This document shows, piece after piece, positions 35,956 to 38,291 of a DNA stretch of 38,291 nucleotides (positions are counted from its first letter, which is position 1; each line of letters begins with the position of its first letter). A model generated the notes under the pieces. That model ran no database searches. It was not told the origin of the DNA and worked only from the letters and a program-made list of their open reading frames with translations. Source of the DNA: a virus (lineage: Duplodnaviria; Caudoviricetes); the IMG/VR virus record IMGVR_UViG_3300016484_000559, positions 1-38,291 of that record. The stretch is one strand, 5' to 3'. The position numbers and the translations under genes were made by a program.

Positions 35956-37249
35956 CCCCGCACAGCTCCCGTTCCAGGAAGCCATCGACTTTTACAAGAC
36001 CAAGATCAAGCTGCCGACTTCCGGCTGGACGGATATCTGGGAGCAGCAGCACAGCCGTGCCTTTGTTGTGGCTGGTGCACAGTCTGACGCGCTGCTTGAG
36101 GACTTTTACAACGCGATTCAGGATGCCAAGCAAAACGGCGGCGGTTATGCGGACTTCAAAAACCGATTTAATGACATCGTAGCCAAACATGGCTGGTCTT
36201 ATAACGGTACGCCCGGCTGGCGCAGCCGTGTGATCTACGATACCAACATCACGCAAAGCTACAATGCAGGACGCTATGTGCAGATGCAGGCAGTTAAGCA
36301 CTTGCGGCCATTTTGGCAGTATCGCCACACCAGCATTGAGCACCCACGGCTGCAGCACAAGGCATGGGATGGCTTGATATTGCCAGCCGATGATGCCTGG
36401 TGGGACACGCACATGCCACAGAATGGCTGGGGCTGTAAGTGTCGCGTGGATTCACTCTCGCGCTATGAAGCGCAGCAGGCATGGCAAAAGGCTGGTAAAT
36501 CTGGTGTGGATACTGCTCCGCCAGTCGTTTATGAAGACCGTATTGTAGGTAAAAACGGCAGCAACCCACGTACTGTAACCGTGCCGCAAGGCATTGATCC
36601 TGGCTTTGGATATAATCCAGGCAAGGCATACCTTGAACCGCTTACCGTGCCGCCGTTGCGTGGCTATGATGCAGTGCTAAAAGAGCGCAACAGTGCATGG
36701 ACAAGTAGCTTCAAAATTCCAACCCATCCTAATCCAACAGTGATTGATAAAGCGGCCATTCTGCCAAAGGATATTTCGCCAGAATTAGCCGTGACTGATT
36801 TTCTCGATGTGTTCGGCGCTGATTTAAATAACGGCGTGGTGTTTATTGATGCGGCAGGCAGTGCTCTAGCGGTCACCAAAGCTTTATTCACTGATGGCAA
36901 GGGTGATTTCAAGTGGCTGCAAAAGGAAGATAAAGTCGAGCGGCTGCAATATATCAATTTGCTGGCTATGACGCTGATCGAGCCGGATGAGATTTGGTGG
37001 GTGTGGGAAAAAGACGCTACACACGGAAAAACCAACCCGGATGCAAAGCCAAAATGGCGCTTGAAACGCCGCTATCTGCGAGCCTTTGATATCGACGGTG
37101 AGGATAAATACGCGATTGTTGCGTTTGAGTGGGGTAGAACCGGCTGGAGTGGTTCAACCGCTTTCACAACCAGAGACAAAGACTCTGCTGACAAGCAGCT
37201 TAAATACTTTGACGCGCAGCGGCATGGGCGCATGGTCTACAAAAAATAA
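35945..37249 (+). CDS. MuF head morphogenesis protein with C-terminal PBECR-like nuclease domain
   Basis: AF.VAG, R..H..W.G..L..DD.WW..H.P.NGWGCKC, GID.GF.YNPG; C-terminal TL.EPDEIW...RRYL..F. Confidence 0.88.
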   Translation: MATNPAQLPFQEAIDFYKTKIKLPTSGWTDIWEQQHSRAFVVAGAQSDALLEDFYNAIQDAKQNGGGYADFKNRFNDIVAKHGWSYNGTPGWRSRVIYDTNITQSYNAGRYVQMQAVKHLRPFWQYRHTSIEHPRLQHKAWDGLILPADDAWWDTHMPQNGWGCKCRVDSLSRYEAQQAWQKAGKSGVDTAPPVVYEDRIVGKNGSNPRTVTVPQGIDPGFGYNPGKAYLEPLTVPPLRGYDAVLKERNSAWTSSFKIPTHPNPTVIDKAAILPKDISPELAVTDFLDVFGADLNNGVVFIDAAGSALAVTKALFTDGKGDFKWLQKEDKVERLQYINLLAMTLIEPDEIWWVWEKDATHGKTNPDAKPKWRLKRRYLRAFDIDGEDKYAIVAFEWGRTGWSGSTAFTTRDKDSADKQLKYFDAQRHGRMVYKK

Positions 37250-37269
37250 AAGCGCCCGAAGGCGCTTTT
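37241..37269 (-). terminator. Intrinsic terminator, possibly bidirectional
   Basis: Minus strand AAAAGCGCC-TTCG-GGCGCTTTTTATTTTTT. Confidence 0.85.
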
Positions 37270-37317
37270 GCTAACCAGATATGGTGCAGTAGCCCGAAAG
37301 CAGTCTGACTGGTTATT
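37241..37317 (-). ncRNA. Putative ~75-nt structured sRNA convergent with muF
   Basis: Promoter upstream, TAACCAG/CTGGTTA stem, two UUCG loops, terminator. Confidence 0.6.
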
Positions 37318-37323
37318 AAGGAC

Positions 37324-37352
37324 AGTATATGCAATACACGATTGAATTTCAA
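37324..37352 (-). promoter_or_regulatory. Sigma70-like antisense promoter
   Basis: TTGAAA (37352-37347)-17-TATACT (37329-37324). Confidence 0.7.
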
Positions 37353-37850
37353 GACCAGCACTTACAAATGGTGTTAAAAGCCATTAAAGCCGATATCGCC
37401 ACTCCGCAACAAATGCTGGGCAGCATCGGTGAAAGCCTGCTGCGCGTAAACCGAGACCGGCATAATGCAGGCTTGGCACCAGATGGTACGCGATGGAAGG
37501 AGTTGTCGCCACTCACATTAAAAGAGAAGCGCAAAGGCGACATACTTACTAAAACCGGTGAAATGCTGCAAAGCTTTCATTATCAGGTAAACGACGACAC
37601 ATTAAGACTTGGTTTCGATGGTGCCAGAAACAATCAATTGGCGACCTGGCACCACGATGGCACTAAACCTTATTTGATTGCACCGTTAAACAAAAAGGCG
37701 CTGCACTTTGGCGGGATATTTGCAAAAAAGGTGAATCACCCCGGATTACCTTCGAGACCTTTGGTTGGATTCCCAGTGTCAGATCAGGAACTCACAACCC
37801 ATGTTATTGAAGATCATTTATTGGCTGTAATAAACTCCGCTCAAAGATAA
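37329..37850 (+). CDS. Virion morphogenesis protein, Mu gpG-like
   Basis: IGE.L, .PDG..W..L.P.T, L..TG, V.HPG.P.RP.VG. Confidence 0.9.
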   Translation: MQYTIEFQDQHLQMVLKAIKADIATPQQMLGSIGESLLRVNRDRHNAGLAPDGTRWKELSPLTLKEKRKGDILTKTGEMLQSFHYQVNDDTLRLGFDGARNNQLATWHHDGTKPYLIAPLNKKALHFGGIFAKKVNHPGLPSRPLVGFPVSDQELTTHVIEDHLLAVINSAQR

Positions 37851-37964
37851 TTCATTACATATTTAAACGATGATTAAATCTGATTTAAGTAGGATAAATA
37901 CCCTAATTAAAAATCTAATTTCCTTTTAATTACCCGTATTTTTTCCCGATATAATCACCACAAC

Positions 37965-38075
37965 TGTCCAGAAATCAAGAATTCTGTTTAAATCACACAA
38001 CTCTAGATAACACGCGAGTTCCGGCCATTTTTTTATGATTTTTATTCATCCTATTCCCCATCCCCCCCTACTACA
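37965..38075 (-). repeat. Right end: inverted transposase site and terminus
   Basis: TTGATTTCTGGACA (minus strand, 37978-37965); terminal TGTAGTAG; GGATGA at nt 25-30 from the end. Confidence 0.78.
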
Positions 38076-38290
38076 ACAGTCATTACGCCTGTTGTGTCGT
38101 CAAACAAATAGTTAACGCCTCTTTCCAGCACATCGCCTGACAAATCCTTCACTGTCAGCAAATTTTTAAGCAATTTGGTCACGGTATAAGTACTGCCATT
38201 CACCAAGCCGATAGGCATCACTTCAACCTGACCAGACGTCATCACTGGGTAAGATGGCACTGGGATACCATTCCCAAACTGAAACTTGGC
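38076..38290 (-). pseudogene. Flanking gene fragment interrupted by the prophage insertion
   Basis: Frame open from the window edge (AKFQFGNG...GVNYLFDDTTGVMT), runs into the phage terminus and stops at 38051. Confidence 0.6.
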
Positions 38291-38291
38291 T

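Larger units (their letters stand above)
1..38075. mobile_element. Mu-like (B3/BcepMu-type) transposable prophage, near complete
   Basis: MuA/MuB, Mor, GemA, Mu-type head/tail/baseplate genes. Right terminus ...CTACTACA at 38068-38075; window start AGTAG matches terminal TGTAGTAG minus TGT. Confidence 0.95.

Noticed and set aside
37272-37315. tRNA or known ribozyme
   Set aside because: Too short, no cloverleaf, and no hammerhead core recognised.
38076-38078. Alternative right end at CA 38077-38078
   Set aside because: An end at 38075 aligns AGTAG and GGATGA with the left end; 38078 does not.

Overview
The window is an essentially complete (~38.08 kb) Mu-like transposable prophage with a B3/BcepMu-type layout and a contractile tail, probably in a proteobacterial host, plus ~215 bp of an interrupted flanking gene. 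The right end is at 38075 (TGTAGTAG on the minus strand); the left end is inferred to lie 3 bp before base 1. A central switch (repressor 27155+, ner-like 27065-) separates two arms. The leftward arm carries MuA, MuB, early genes, Mor, head protease/capsid, tail, baseplate, fibre, com and a Dam-like MTase. The rightward arm carries a low-GC moron, lysis genes, terminases, portal, a C5-MTase, MuF-PBECR and gpG. Highlights: (1) an antisense ~75-nt structured sRNA with its own promoter and terminator where a MuF-toxin immunity gene would be expected; (2) a com/Dam module with a structured antisense RNA, an intact Com site plus SD-masking hairpin, and an inserted Gp49/Acb4-like gene with a Trp->TGA stop; (3) a dual-frame, EcoHK31I-like split cytosine MTase; (4) a twice-repeated covarying RNA structure in the early operon; (5) four late promoters with identical 28-nt spacing; (6) a four-gene fibre cassette between tail tube and tail chaperone. 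All family calls are by motif recognition, with no database searches.
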